Shown in pieces: positions 27,070-37,628 of a stretch of DNA of 54,109 nt. This stretch comes from Promicromonosporaceae bacterium (GTDB lineage: Bacteria; Actinomycetota; Actinomycetes; Actinomycetales; Cellulomonadaceae): positions 1-54,109 of the forward strand of contig WQZL01000001.1 in NCBI GenBank assembly GCA_009780755.1, in the 5' to 3' direction. Numbering within the stretch: the stretch's first letter is position 1; each line of letters begins with the position of its first letter. The translations under genes and the position numbers were made by a program. Below the pieces are notes generated by a model. That model did no database searches and had not been told where the DNA came from. It saw nothing but the letters and a program-made list of their open reading frames with translations.

Positions 27070-28266
27070 ATGATGCTGATCCAACGTCCCGCATACCTGC
27101 AAATGATCGAACCGTTCATTGATGTAGGTGTCGTTAAGGTACTCACGGGCCTGCGCAGGTCAGGCAAGTCGAGCCTGCTCCAAATGGTTGTGGATCATCT
27201 GCTCAATCGAGGTGTTCCAGCCGAGCGCATCATGCACCTCAACTTCGATTCGCTCCAATGGGCGCACCTTGCATCGGCGACGGCCCTGGATGAGCATCTT
27301 CGGGCAACCCTGCCCGCCGAGGGACGAGTGCATGTGTTGCTCGACGAGGTTCAGGAGGTTACGCAATGGGAGCGGCTAATCAACTCCCTTATTGCCGAGG
27401 GGCGCTTCGATGTTTACCTCACCGGTTCCAATTCGCGGTTGCTCTCCGGGGAGCTTGCCACCTACATCGCAGGCCGGTACGTGACGATTGAGGTTTGGCC
27501 GCTGTCTTACGGCGAGTACCTGACCTTCAATCCCGCAGGTGATTTCCGGCATTTCCTTCGGCTGGGCGGCTTTCCGGGTGTTCATGCCTACCCACTGCCA
27601 GAGCAGGCTGCCCGGTCAATGGTCACCGACATCTACCGTTCAACGCTCGTCCGAGACGTACTCACTCGAAACGCAATCCGTGATGCCGACCTCTTTGAGC
27701 GGGTAGCCACCTTTGCCATCGATAACGTAGGAAATCCCTTCTCGGCCCGGCGGGTGGCAGATTTCCTGAAGTCGCAACGTCGATCCGTCAGCCATGAGAC
27801 CGTACTCAACTACCTGAGCGCCCTTAGCGATGCGTTCGTACTCAGCCGGGTGGGGCGTTTTGATCTGCGCGGACGCAGACTACTAGCCACAGACGAGAAG
27901 CATTACGTCGGCGATCACGGCATTGTCCACGCGCTGTTCGGCTACTCGAATGCGCGCCTGCCCGGCGTACTAGAGAACATTGTCTGGCTGGAACTTCGGC
28001 GCCGTGGCTACGACGTGACCGTGGGCAAGGTGGGGGCCGCCGAGGTGGACTTTGTCGCAACCCGACGGGAGGAAAGACTGTACGTTCAGGTGGCCGTCAC
28101 AATTGCTGACTCGGCAGAGACTCGCCGCCGCGAGTACGCCTCATTGGCGGCCATCGCCGATAACTACCCGAAGTATGTGGTTACCCTCGACCCCCTGGCC
28201 GGGGACAATGCCGAGGGCATCTACCACCTGCGCCTACCGGACTTCTTGTTGGCCGACGACTACTAA
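27070..28266 (+). CDS. AAA_14 ATPase with DUF4143 C-terminal domain
   Basis: TGLRRSGKS, LLDEVQEV, LTGSNS, LGGFP, KHYVGDHG, LENIV and EVDFVA...YVQV motifs. Confidence 0.9.
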   Translation: MMLIQRPAYLQMIEPFIDVGVVKVLTGLRRSGKSSLLQMVVDHLLNRGVPAERIMHLNFDSLQWAHLASATALDEHLRATLPAEGRVHVLLDEVQEVTQWERLINSLIAEGRFDVYLTGSNSRLLSGELATYIAGRYVTIEVWPLSYGEYLTFNPAGDFRHFLRLGGFPGVHAYPLPEQAARSMVTDIYRSTLVRDVLTRNAIRDADLFERVATFAIDNVGNPFSARRVADFLKSQRRSVSHETVLNYLSALSDAFVLSRVGRFDLRGRRLLATDEKHYVGDHGIVHALFGYSNARLPGVLENIVWLELRRRGYDVTVGKVGAAEVDFVATRREERLYVQVAVTIADSAETRRREYASLAAIADNYPKYVVTLDPLAGDNAEGIYHLRLPDFLLADDY

Positions 28267-28856
28267 CAGGTGCGATGACGAGGAGGGGCAGTTGACCTGA
28301 CTAGCTCGACACCGGCATCGCGCAGCTCGGTGCGGGCCGCAACGCCTTGTTCGGGGGTGACCGGGATGGTCAGGTCGGTCAGTACGCGGGTGGGCCAGCC
28401 CAGGCGAACCGCGTCGAGGGCCGTGCGCTTGACGCAGTGCGATTCGGCCAGGCCCACCACATCCACGGCGTCGATGGTCAACTCCCGCAGAATTTCTTCT
28501 AGCGGGCGACCATCATCGTTTACGCCCTCAAAGCCCGAATAGCCGTGATCGTACTGCCCCTTCCTCACGCCATCATCGAAGCTGATGTCCGCCAGCGAGG
28601 GATGCAGTTCGGCGTTCGGCGAACCAGCCACGCCGTGCGGCGGCCAGGAGTCTACGAAGTCTGGACTATCCGCAAAGTGTGGGCCAGGATCGATATGCCA
28701 ATCCTGCGTGGTGATGACGGCGGCATACCGATCACGATGCGCGCGCAGGTAGGCGGCCACATCGTCGGCCACCTGGTTGCCGCCGGTAACGGCCAGCTCC
28801 CCGCCCTCACAGAATGTAGGTTGCACATCGACGACGAGTAGGGCGCGGCGGGTCAT
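28263..28856 (-). CDS. pncA: Nicotinamidase/pyrazinamidase
   Basis: LLVVDVQPTFCEGGEL, TQDWH, WPPH, KGQ...YSGFEG and VGLAESHCV motifs. Confidence 0.92.
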   Translation of the reverse strand: MTRRALLVVDVQPTFCEGGELAVTGGNQVADDVAAYLRAHRDRYAAVITTQDWHIDPGPHFADSPDFVDSWPPHGVAGSPNAELHPSLADISFDDGVRKGQYDHGYSGFEGVNDDGRPLEEILRELTIDAVDVVGLAESHCVKRTALDAVRLGWPTRVLTDLTIPVTPEQGVAARTELRDAGVELVRSTAPPRHRTC

Positions 28857-29302
28857 TTCTTGCGCTCGGTGAGGCTGGCGGCGGCGCGGTCGGCCATCGG
28901 GCGCGCCCTGTCCACCAGGCGGTCGTCGACCAGGTCGTAGATGGCGGTGCCCACCCAGACGATTGCCGTGGCCAGCAGCCACGTCCACCAGTTGTCGATG
29001 CGGAAGCTATGACCGGGTGCCAAGTGCTGGGTCAGCAGCAGCGCCAGGAACACCGTCACCAAACCGGCGAGTAACGTGACCCCGTGCCGGGACTTGGCGC
29101 CGTCCTCGGGCTTTTTGGTGAAGACCTTGATGAAGAATCGCACCACCGGGCGAATGATGGTGATAGACACCGTGAACAGTGCCCAGGCCAGCAAGGCCCA
29201 CCAGAAGCTGATGTGCATCCCCGGCAGGAGCAGCACGGCGAACGTAAGGGTGACGCCGTAGGCAACGGCGGCGACCAGGAAACTCAAAAGACGTGGGTTC
29301 AT
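28853..29302 (-). CDS. 4-TM membrane protein (YvlD/DUF360 'phage holin family'-like)
   Basis: Four hydrophobic helices with IRPVV and IDNWWTWLLATAIVW motifs. ATGA coupling to pncA. Confidence 0.7.
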   Translation of the reverse strand: MNPRLLSFLVAAVAYGVTLTFAVLLLPGMHISFWWALLAWALFTVSITIIRPVVRFFIKVFTKKPEDGAKSRHGVTLLAGLVTVFLALLLTQHLAPGHSFRIDNWWTWLLATAIVWVGTAIYDLVDDRLVDRARPMADRAAASLTERKK

Positions 29303-29329
29303 GGCCCCATCGTATCTATGATGTAACCC

Positions 29330-30949
29330 ATGCCCGACGCTGCGAAGCCGTTTTATCTCACCACGCCCATCTACTACGTCAACGACGCCCCGCATATCGG
29401 GCACGCGTATACGACCGTGGCAGCCGATGTGATTACCCGCTGGCACCGTCAGCGGCAGGAGAGCGTTTGGCTGCTGACCGGCGTCGATGAGCATGGCGAG
29501 AAGGTGATGCGCTCCGCGCAGGCCAACGGCGTCACCCCCCAGGAGTGGGTGGACAAGCTGGTGGCCGAGGCATGGCTGCCGGTGCAGGACACCCTTGATG
29601 TGCGACACGACGATTTCATCCGCACCACCGAGCCGCGCCACGAGCAGGCGGTCGCGAAGTTCCTGAACGACCTGCACGACAAGGGCGAGATCTACGAGGG
29701 CGCCTATGAGGGTCCGTACTGTGTGGGCTGCGAGGCATACATGTTGCCCGGTGAGCTGTTGGCTGGCTCAGATGAGTACCCCGGCCAGCCGCTTTGTCCC
29801 ATCCACAAGCGGCCCGTCGAAATGCTCGCCGAGCAAAACTACTTCTTCAAAATGAGCGCCTACACCGACCGACTGCTCGCGCTGTACGAGGAGCATCCCG
29901 AGTTTGTGCAGCCCGCCTCGGCGCGCAACGAGGTGATCGGCTTCGTCAAGCAGGGTCTGCAAGACCTGTCTATTTCGCGGAACACCTTTGACTGGGGCAT
30001 TCCTATCCCCTGGGATTCGACGCACGTGTTGTACGTGTGGTTTGACGCGCTGCTCAACTACATGACCGCCATCGGTTACGGCTCAGATGAACCGACGGCT
30101 AGGGCGCAGTTTGAGCGCCTGTGGCCCGCGAACGTGCACCTGGTGGGCAAGGACATCCTGCGCTTCCACGCCGTAATCTGGCCCGCGATGCTGATGGCCG
30201 CCGGACTGCCGCTGCCGGGGCAGGTGTTTGCGCACGGTTGGTTGCTGGTGGGCGGGGAGAAGATGTCCAAGACTCGCCTGACCGGCATTGCGCCGGCGGA
30301 CATCATCGACACCTTCGGTTCGGATGCCTACCGCTACTACTTCATGCGCACCATCTCCTTTGGTGGCGACGGCTCCTTCTCCTGGGAGGACATGACCCAC
30401 CGCTACAACGGTGAACTCGCCAATGGCTTTGGCAACCTGGCCTCTCGCGTGGCCGCGATGGTTGGCAAGTATTACGGCGGCGTGCTGCCGGTCGCCGGGG
30501 AGGCGGGCGATCTGGAGAAGGGGTTGGCCGCCGTTGCCGCCAAGGCCGTGGCCGATGCCGAGGCGGCAATGGATCGCCTCGCCATTCATGACGCCATCGC
30601 CGCCGTGTGGACGCTGGTGGACGCCGCGAATGTTTACATCACCGAAACTCAGCCGTGGCAGGTGGCCAAGGAGGCAGGGGAGATGGACGCCGACGGACAT
30701 GGCGTAGCTGGCGGGCGCCTGGCGACCTCGCTGGTTACCGCCGCCGAGGCGCTGCGTTCGCTGGCCGTGCTGCTTAACCCGGTGACACCCAAGGCTGCCG
30801 CCGGGCTGTGGGAACTGTTGGGCGCCGAGCCGGTGTTGGGCGCGCTCGACGCGCAGACCATCGCCTCGGCCGGGCAGTTTGGCACGCTGCCTCCCGGCAC
30901 GGTAATCACCAAGGGCAACGCCCTCTTCCCCAGATTGGCCGAGGATTAA
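29330..30949 (+). CDS. metG: Methionine--tRNA ligase (short form)
   Basis: TTPIYYVNDAPHIGHAY, CVGCE/CPIH knuckle, YVWFDAL and KMSKT motifs. Confidence 0.98.
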   Translation: MPDAAKPFYLTTPIYYVNDAPHIGHAYTTVAADVITRWHRQRQESVWLLTGVDEHGEKVMRSAQANGVTPQEWVDKLVAEAWLPVQDTLDVRHDDFIRTTEPRHEQAVAKFLNDLHDKGEIYEGAYEGPYCVGCEAYMLPGELLAGSDEYPGQPLCPIHKRPVEMLAEQNYFFKMSAYTDRLLALYEEHPEFVQPASARNEVIGFVKQGLQDLSISRNTFDWGIPIPWDSTHVLYVWFDALLNYMTAIGYGSDEPTARAQFERLWPANVHLVGKDILRFHAVIWPAMLMAAGLPLPGQVFAHGWLLVGGEKMSKTRLTGIAPADIIDTFGSDAYRYYFMRTISFGGDGSFSWEDMTHRYNGELANGFGNLASRVAAMVGKYYGGVLPVAGEAGDLEKGLAAVAAKAVADAEAAMDRLAIHDAIAAVWTLVDAANVYITETQPWQVAKEAGEMDADGHGVAGGRLATSLVTAAEALRSLAVLLNPVTPKAAAGLWELLGAEPVLGALDAQTIASAGQFGTLPPGTVITKGNALFPRLAED

Positions 30950-30952
30950 CAA

Positions 30953-31057
30953 CGTCATTCTGCGTGAGCGCAGCGAATCGCAGAACCTAGCCCCGGCGGT
31001 AGCCGCTCACTCTAGGTTCTGCGACTACGCTCCTTTGTCGCTTCGCGCAGAATGACG
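30953..31057. repeat. CGTC-tagged REP doublet (inverted pair)
   Basis: CGTCATTCTGCG...CGCAGAACCTAG paired with CTAGGTTCTGCG...CGCAGAATGACG. Same family occurs at 52818-52915 and 53796-53866. Confidence 0.85.
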
Positions 31058-31077
31058 TGGGTGAAAAGGAGTTGGCG

Positions 31078-31992
31078 ATGCCTAAACCTCGTGAGCGCGG
31101 GTTTCCCGTTGATCCAGAACCGCTGCCGATCCCGGTGGCGGATAACCACACACACCTAGATCACATCGGGTATGTGCTGCCCAAGGGCGAGCCACCCCCG
31201 ACGGTGGCCGAACATGTCGCCCGCGCAGCGGCCGCCGGAGTTGACCGGTTGATCCAGGTCGGCTGCGACCTAGACTCCACCGCCTGGACCGACGCCCTGC
31301 TGCGCAGGGAGCCGCCCGCCATCTTGGGGGCCGTCGCCCTCCACCCGAACGAGGCGGTGTTACATGCCGACGCGCACGATGTGGGGCCAGACGGACTGAT
31401 GCCCCGCCGAGAGGCCCGGCACAACGTGCCGCTTGTCGAGGCCATCGACCGCATTGCGGCCATCGCCGCTGGCAACCCACGCATCCGGGTTATCGGGGAG
31501 ACCGGCCTTGACTACTTCCGCACCGGCCCCAAGGGCGCCGCCGCTCAACGCGAATCCTTCCGCGCCCACATCGCGCTGGCCAAGGCGTATGACCTGGTCT
31601 TGCAAATCCACGACCGGGACGCTCACGCCGACGTACTCTCGATCCTTAAGGCCGACGGGGCGCCGGAGCGCACCGTCTTTCACTGCTTCTCCGGCGATGT
31701 CGAGATGGCGGAGCTAGCCCCCGTCAACGGCTGGTATCTGAGCTTCGCCGGGCCGATCACCTACCGGGCCAACGACCAGCTACGCGCCGCCCTGCGTGCC
31801 GTGCCGCTCAGCCAGGTGCTGGTCGAGACCGACGCGCCCTACCTGACCCCGATGCCGTTCCGAGGCCAACCCAACGCCCCCTACGTCGTAGCCCACACCG
31901 TTCGCGCCATCGCCGACGTACTCAGGCGTCCGCTCGCCGAGGTATGTGCGACCATTTCCGCCACTAGCAACGAGGTCTACGGCCCCTGGTAG
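31078..31992 (+). CDS. tatD: TatD-family DNase
   Basis: [34 protein letters not shown] and ETDAPYL motifs. Confidence 0.95.
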   Translation: MPKPRERGFPVDPEPLPIPVADNHTHLDHIGYVLPKGEPPPTVAEHVARAAAAGVDRLIQVGCDLDSTAWTDALLRREPPAILGAVALHPNEAVLHADAHDVGPDGLMPRREARHNVPLVEAIDRIAAIAAGNPRIRVIGETGLDYFRTGPKGAAAQRESFRAHIALAKAYDLVLQIHDRDAHADVLSILKADGAPERTVFHCFSGDVEMAELAPVNGWYLSFAGPITYRANDQLRAALRAVPLSQVLVETDAPYLTPMPFRGQPNAPYVVAHTVRAIADVLRRPLAEVCATISATSNEVYGPW

Positions 31993-32015
31993 TACCTGCT
32001 TGTAGGCTTCCGCCT

Positions 32016-32882
32016 ATGACTTTTAGCCCAGTTTCGCTGCTTGGCCCGGCGGAGATTCGCGGGCTGGCCGAGCGGCTGGGGGTACGGCCCACCAAGGCGC
32101 TGGGACAAAACTTTGTGCACGATGCCGGAACGGTGCGCAAGATTGTCCGCGCCGCCGATGTGCGCCTAAGGCAGCGGGTGGTGGAGGTGGGGCCGGGACT
32201 TGGTTCCCTGACTCTGGGCCTGCTCGAAGCGGATGCCTCGGTGGTGGCCATCGAGATCGACCCCACGCTTGCCGCCGAACTTCCCGCCACCGTCGCCCGC
32301 TTCGCCCCCGGGGCATCCCTTGACGTTGTCTGCGCCGATGCGCTAGACGTTCACCCGGCCGACCTCCCCGGCGAGCCGCCCACCGCCCTGGTGGCGAACC
32401 TGCCGTACAACGTGGCCGTGCCCGTGCTGCTGACCATGCTCGAACGTTTCTCGACGTTGGAACATGTGCTGGTGATGGTGCAGGCCGAGGTGGCCGACCG
32501 CATCGCCGCCACCCCCGGTTCCAAGACCTACGGTATTCCTTCCGTGAAGGCTGCCTGGTATGCCGAGGCCCGCCGCTCGCTCGCCATCAGCCGTAACGTG
32601 TTCTGGCCGGTGCCGAATGTTGATTCCGCCCTCGTCGCCCTCCAGCGCCACGACCCGCCCCCCACCTCGGCCAGCCGGGAGCAGGTCTTCTCGGTGGTCG
32701 CCGCCGCCTTTGCCCAACGGCGCAAGACCCTACGCGCCGCGCTTGCGGGATTATTTAGCTCTAGCGCTGCCGCCGAGGCGGGGCTGCGCGCCGCCGGGGT
32801 GGATCCGTCCGCGCGCGGTGAGACGTTGGGCGTGGCCGCGTTTGCTCGCATAGCCGAACAGCTGCCGGAAGGAGACCAATGA
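32016..32882 (+). CDS. rsmA: 16S rRNA adenine dimethyltransferase
   Basis: [34 protein letters not shown] and FAQRRKTLR motifs. Confidence 0.97.
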   Translation: MTFSPVSLLGPAEIRGLAERLGVRPTKALGQNFVHDAGTVRKIVRAADVRLRQRVVEVGPGLGSLTLGLLEADASVVAIEIDPTLAAELPATVARFAPGASLDVVCADALDVHPADLPGEPPTALVANLPYNVAVPVLLTMLERFSTLEHVLVMVQAEVADRIAATPGSKTYGIPSVKAAWYAEARRSLAISRNVFWPVPNVDSALVALQRHDPPPTSASREQVFSVVAAAFAQRRKTLRAALAGLFSSSAAAEAGLRAAGVDPSARGETLGVAAFARIAEQLPEGDQ

Positions 32883-33826
32883 TGGGTCGTCCCCAACTGT
32901 ATGCCGACGCCGCACCATCGGTGCGGGTCCGTGCGCCCGGCAAGGTGAACCTCTCCTTGCGCGTCGGCCCGTTGCAGGCCGACGGGTTTCACCCCGTGGT
33001 AACCGTGTATCAGGCCGTCAACCTCTACGAAGAGGTGATCGCTACTCTCGCCCCCGCGGGTGCCGGGGTCGAGCTAACGGTTGAGGGGCCAGGCGCGCTC
33101 GCCGTGCCTCAGAATGAGACCAATCTGGCCTGGCGGGCCGCGCAGGCGCTCGCCGAGCAGGTGGGCCTGTCGGCCGATGTCTCCCTGCACTTGCGCAAGG
33201 GCGTACCCGTGGCCGGGGGCATGGCGGGCGGCTCGGCCGATGCCGCCGCCACCCTAATCGCCTGTGATGCGCTGTGGGGTCTCGATCTGCCCCGGCCGGA
33301 GCTGGCCGAACTGGCGGCCGGACTCGGCTCGGATGTGCCATTTTGTCTACTTGGTCACACCGCGATTGGCACCGGGCGCGGGCATCTGCTCACGCCGGTG
33401 ATGGCCCGCGGGAAATACCACTGGGTATTCGGGGCCTTCGATTTCGGGCTGCCGACGCCAGACGTTTTCCGCACCTTTGACGTGCTGACTTCCGGTAATG
33501 CCACGCCGCTAGACCCAACCAATGACACCGCGCTGTTGCAGGCTCTCCGGGCCGGAGATGCGGTCGCGCTGGGGGCGGCGCTGCATAACGATCTACAGGA
33601 CGCGGCGCTGCGATTACGACCAAGCCTTACCCATCCACTGGACTTGGCTCGTGCCGCCGGGACGCTGGGTGCCATAGTCTCCGGCTCTGGTCCAACCGTC
33701 GCCGCCCTGGCGCGGGACGCCGCCCACGCCGCCGAGATCGCCAAGTTGTGGACGGCCGAAAACGCCGTCGATTCCGCCTGGATCACCACCTCTCCGGCCT
33801 CTGGCGCCCGCATCATTGGCGGGTAG
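32879..33826 (+). CDS. ispE: 4-diphosphocytidyl-2-C-methyl-D-erythritol kinase
   Basis: [39 protein letters not shown] and VSGSGPT motifs. Confidence 0.97.
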   Translation: MMGRPQLYADAAPSVRVRAPGKVNLSLRVGPLQADGFHPVVTVYQAVNLYEEVIATLAPAGAGVELTVEGPGALAVPQNETNLAWRAAQALAEQVGLSADVSLHLRKGVPVAGGMAGGSADAAATLIACDALWGLDLPRPELAELAAGLGSDVPFCLLGHTAIGTGRGHLLTPVMARGKYHWVFGAFDFGLPTPDVFRTFDVLTSGNATPLDPTNDTALLQALRAGDAVALGAALHNDLQDAALRLRPSLTHPLDLARAAGTLGAIVSGSGPTVAALARDAAHAAEIAKLWTAENAVDSAWITTSPASGARIIGG

Positions 33827-33972
33827 GCACCCTCCGATAACCGTTGGTATCGATTTGGTTACATATTTTGCTTCGGGAAGCCTGCTGACTAGATGGTGAC
33901 TGGTATTACCGTAGAGTCGTGATTAGTCTGCGCCGCAAACGGCTGCGGAAACCCCAAAGGAGAAACAAGATA

Positions 33973-34671
33973 ATGAAGCGTGCCCTTTCAACCCTGGCTG
34001 CCGCTGGCCTGGCCCTTACCCTGCTCGCCGGTTGCGGCAACGGCGACGACACCCCAGCCGCCACCCCGACCCCGGAGGCGACCGAAACTGTCGAGGCACC
34101 CGAGCCAACCGAAGAACCAACTGAGGAACCCACCGAAGCACCGTCCGGCGGTTTCTCGGCCGAGATTCGCGATGGCTACATGATGGGCTGCCTGATGGAA
34201 GCGGGCGCCACCGAGGAATACTGCGAGTGCACCTGGGAGCAGATCGAGGCCACCTTCACCGAGATCGAGTTCGTGGAGATGTCTTTGGCCATGCTGACCG
34301 AGGATGGCCCCTCGGAGGAGCAAACCCTGCGCCTGGCCGCCGCGATGATGGCCTGCCTCGGCGACCTGCCTGACCTGGGCACGGGCACATCCGAATCCAC
34401 CGGATCTACTGAAGGCCCGGTAGCCGAGGCTCTGGTAGGGGAATGGGAGTGGACCGACCTCCCCGGTACCGTCTACTACACGTTCAACGCCGATGGAACC
34501 GGAACCATGTTCCCTGGTCTTGATTTCGGCTGGCGAGTAGATGGCAACGTGCTTCAGTTTGACGCTCTCAACATGGGCGTATGGTTGGACTACGGCATCG
34601 AACTCGATGGCGACACGCTGACCGTCACCTGGCCCACCGGTGAGGTCTACACCTACAACCGCATGGGCTAA
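33973..34671 (+). CDS. Acidic lipoprotein of unknown function
   Basis: Lipobox LLAGC, PTEE linker, Cys-containing helical domain (C..C.C..C) and C-terminal LVGEWE...YTFNADGTG beta domain. Confidence 0.8.
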   Translation: MKRALSTLAAAGLALTLLAGCGNGDDTPAATPTPEATETVEAPEPTEEPTEEPTEAPSGGFSAEIRDGYMMGCLMEAGATEEYCECTWEQIEATFTEIEFVEMSLAMLTEDGPSEEQTLRLAAAMMACLGDLPDLGTGTSESTGSTEGPVAEALVGEWEWTDLPGTVYYTFNADGTGTMFPGLDFGWRVDGNVLQFDALNMGVWLDYGIELDGDTLTVTWPTGEVYTYNRMG

Positions 34672-34682
34672 GCCCAATCAAC

Positions 34683-34727
34683 TAGCCAGAACCCCGCGCC
34701 GCCTCACGCAGCGCGGGGTTCTGGCTA
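34683..34727 (+). terminator. Stem-loop terminator after the lipoprotein gene
   Basis: TAGCCAGAACCCCGCGC / GCGCGGGGTTCTGGCTA perfect 17-bp stem. Confidence 0.8.
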
Positions 34728-34747
34728 TTACCGGAGACAATTAAGGC

Positions 34748-35632
34748 ATGAATGCGGGCGATACGGTACGGGTACGACTCGATCTGAGCTACGACGGGAC
34801 ATCGTTTGCCGGTTGGGCGACGCAGCCGGGCTTGCGGACCGTGCAGGGCACGGTAGAAGATGGGCTGGAACGGGTGCTGCGCCTAGCCGCGCTCGGTCTG
34901 GCCCCGGCCCGGCTCACCGTTGCCGGACGCACCGATGCCGGGGTGCACGCCTATGCGCAGGTGGCCCACATCGATCTGCCGGTGGCGCAATGGGCCGCGC
35001 TACCGGGGCGCAGCGACCGCTTACCCGAGGTCGCGCTGGTCGAGCGCCTGTTTGGGGTGCTGCCGCCCGATGTGGTGGTGCATCGAGCCAGCAAGGCTCC
35101 GGCCGGATTCGACGCGCGCTTTTCCGCGCTGTCTCGGCGCTACACCTACCGCATCGCCGATGAGCCTGGTCAGCGTGACCCGCTGCGGCGCGGCCACGTT
35201 CTTTGGGCGCGACGACCGCTCGATGTGGTCAAGATGGACGAGGCGGCTCGCGCGCTGCCTGGTCTCAGAGACTTCGCCGCCTTCAGCAAGCCACGCCAGG
35301 GAGCCACCACCATCCGCGAGCTGCAAGAGTTCACCTGGCGACGACCCAGCGACGGCCCAGACGCGGGCCTGGTGGTGGCGACGGTGCAGGCCGATGCCTT
35401 CTGTCACAACATGGTGCGCGGCCTGGTGGGTTCGGCCATCGCGGTGGGCGAGGGGCGCAAGCCTGCGGCCTGGCTCGCCCAGGTACTCGCCACTGGCGAC
35501 CGCGCCCAGGCCGCCGCCGTCGCCCCCGCTCATGGCCTCGCCTTGGTGGCGGTCCACTACCCGCCCGACGCGGAGCTAGCCCTCAGAGCCAAGACGATCC
35601 GCGCCCTGCGCTCCCTGCCCGGGTCTAACTAG
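34748..35632 (+). CDS. truA: tRNA pseudouridine(38-40) synthase
   Basis: SYDGTSFAGW, AGRTDAGVHA, FDARFSA and AFCHNMVR motifs. Confidence 0.96.
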   Translation: MNAGDTVRVRLDLSYDGTSFAGWATQPGLRTVQGTVEDGLERVLRLAALGLAPARLTVAGRTDAGVHAYAQVAHIDLPVAQWAALPGRSDRLPEVALVERLFGVLPPDVVVHRASKAPAGFDARFSALSRRYTYRIADEPGQRDPLRRGHVLWARRPLDVVKMDEAARALPGLRDFAAFSKPRQGATTIRELQEFTWRRPSDGPDAGLVVATVQADAFCHNMVRGLVGSAIAVGEGRKPAAWLAQVLATGDRAQAAAVAPAHGLALVAVHYPPDAELALRAKTIRALRSLPGSN

Positions 35633-36656
35633 CAGATGCCGCGACTTTAGCTGGCAGGGTCAGGCGAACCGTGGCTCCGGCGGGGGAATCGACGAAGGCA
35701 ACCGTTCCCCCGTGCAGATCAACCGCCCACCGCACGATAGACAGGCCGATGCCCGTGCCTCCCGTGCCGGTGCCGCCCGCAGCGGCGGTGCCCACCCGAG
35801 CAAACCGCTCGAACGCCCGTTCCCGGTCGGCCGGGGCGATGCCTGGTCCATCGTCGGACACGTTTATCACGACCTGCTCGCCGCTGAGGCTGGCGGGATA
35901 AGCCACCAATCGAATCTCGCCGCCCACCGGGGAGTGACGGATCGCGTTGTGCAAAAGATTCACGATCACCTGCCGCAGCCGCTCCGGATCGGCCTCTAAC
36001 ACCAGGTCCGGCGGGGTGATATCCACGAGGTAATGCAGATCCTTCGCGGCCTCAACCGTGGATAGATCTTGGGCTATGTCCTCCAGGAAGTCACCCACTT
36101 CGATCAGGCTCGGCGCCAAGGCCGAGGCACCCGCCTCGATCCGCGAGAGATCTAGCAGGTAGTTGACTAGGCGCGTCAGCCGCTCCGTTTGGGTCAGCGT
36201 GGATTCCAGTGCGGCCGGGGTGGGTTCGATCACGCCATCTACCAGGTTCTCCAGTTGTGCCCGCAGTGCCGCGATTGGAGTGCGCAGCTCGTGCGATACG
36301 TTAGCGATCAGGTCTCGACGAGTCTGATCCGCCGAGGCCAGATCGTCGGCCATCTGATTGAACGCTACTGCCAGCGCCCCTACTTCGTTGCGGCCCGTGG
36401 CCTGAACGCGTTGCCCGTAGTCGCCACCCGCCATCGCCTGCGCTGCGGCCGTCATCTGTCTAAGCGGCGCCGTGATGCCTCGCGCCACTATCTGCGTCAA
36501 AACCAAGGAGGCGACTATCACCAGTGGAAATGTGCGCGTCGGCCCGAAGTTTAGCCGCATCCCCAGCCAGGTGAGCGCGGCGGCGAAGGTGGCGACCATC
36601 ACCACTAGGGCGGTGAGTTTGATGCGGAGAGCGCCCCGACGATTCAGCGAATGCAT
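35625..36656 (-). CDS. HAMP-domain sensor histidine kinase
   Basis: Two TM helices with a minimal loop, HAMP, NVSHELRTP, NLLHNAIRH, DDGPGI and GTGIGL motifs. Confidence 0.94.
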   Translation of the reverse strand: MHSLNRRGALRIKLTALVVMVATFAAALTWLGMRLNFGPTRTFPLVIVASLVLTQIVARGITAPLRQMTAAAQAMAGGDYGQRVQATGRNEVGALAVAFNQMADDLASADQTRRDLIANVSHELRTPIAALRAQLENLVDGVIEPTPAALESTLTQTERLTRLVNYLLDLSRIEAGASALAPSLIEVGDFLEDIAQDLSTVEAAKDLHYLVDITPPDLVLEADPERLRQVIVNLLHNAIRHSPVGGEIRLVAYPASLSGEQVVINVSDDGPGIAPADRERAFERFARVGTAAAGGTGTGGTGIGLSIVRWAVDLHGGTVAFVDSPAGATVRLTLPAKVAASAS

Positions 36657-36688
36657 TAGCTGGTTTCTCCCCCTCGGCAGGCTCAGGA

Positions 36689-37420
36689 CTACGCAGGTTC
36701 TACCATCGCATGGGTGGGCGGCTCGAAGGCGTAACCAACACCATGCACCGTGCGAATCATGTCCGACCCTAGCTTGCGGCGCAGCGCCTTAATGTGCGAA
36801 TCAACAGTGCGGGTGCCAGATGCGTCCGCCCAATCCCACACCTCGGCTAGCAGCTGCTCGCGCGTCAACACGGTCTTTGGCGAGGAGGAGAGCATCACTA
36901 ACAGCTCGAATTCTGTTGGCGTCAGGTGCGCCTCGACCCCGGCGCGATGCACACGGCGCTGCGCCTTGTCGATGACTAGATCGCCCATCATTAGCGGCGG
37001 CTCGCTCGGCGCGGCCACTGTGGCCTGCTGCGTGCGCTCTACTCGCCTAAGCAGCGCCTTTAGGCGGGCCACCAGCTCGCGCATGGAGAACGGCTTGGTC
37101 ATGTAGTCGTCGGCGCCGATGCCGAGGCCGATCAGCATGTCGGTCTCGTCATCGCGGGCCGTCAGCATCAGGATCGGCACGGGGCGTTCGGCCTGGATGC
37201 GGCGGGTTACCTCCAGCCCATCGATGCCGGGCAACATCACGTCAAGCACGATGGCATCCGGCTGGATGCGTGCCGCAGCATCAACCGCGGTTAGCCCGTC
37301 GCGGGCCACCTCCACCCGCCAGCCCTCGGCGGTAAGTCGTTGGGCCACAGCTGAGGCAATCACCTGCTCGTCCTCGACTACTAGGATTGTTGCCTTACTT
37401 GTGCTGGTCTCAGATACCAT
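36689..37420 (-). CDS. OmpR/PhoB-family response regulator
   Basis: ILVVEDE, LDVMLP, GADDYMTKPF, LTPTEFELL, RTVDSHIKALRRK and RTVHGVGY motifs. Confidence 0.96.
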   Translation of the reverse strand: MVSETSTSKATILVVEDEQVIASAVAQRLTAEGWRVEVARDGLTAVDAAARIQPDAIVLDVMLPGIDGLEVTRRIQAERPVPILMLTARDDETDMLIGLGIGADDYMTKPFSMRELVARLKALLRRVERTQQATVAAPSEPPLMMGDLVIDKAQRRVHRAGVEAHLTPTEFELLVMLSSSPKTVLTREQLLAEVWDWADASGTRTVDSHIKALRRKLGSDMIRTVHGVGYAFEPPTHAMVEPA

Positions 37421-37628
37421 GCGCCGATCCTATGAGGCGTAAGCACATTTCCTTTGGAACCACGCCCGATTGAGTCGAATTTCACAAGCACTAGCGTGGC
37501 AAGTGATGCTTGGGAAATCTAGGCGACACAACGAAGCTACGAATCCACAGGGGGTAACAGAGCCTCTTTTGGGTTTAACTTGTGGAAAACAGTGGTCGTT
37601 AGCGGCGCGGGTGAGATTTGCTGGAACC

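Noticed and set aside
28853..29302. Prophage remnant suggested by the holin-like membrane protein
   Set aside because: This family is commonly chromosomal, it is coupled to pncA, and no phage genes are nearby.
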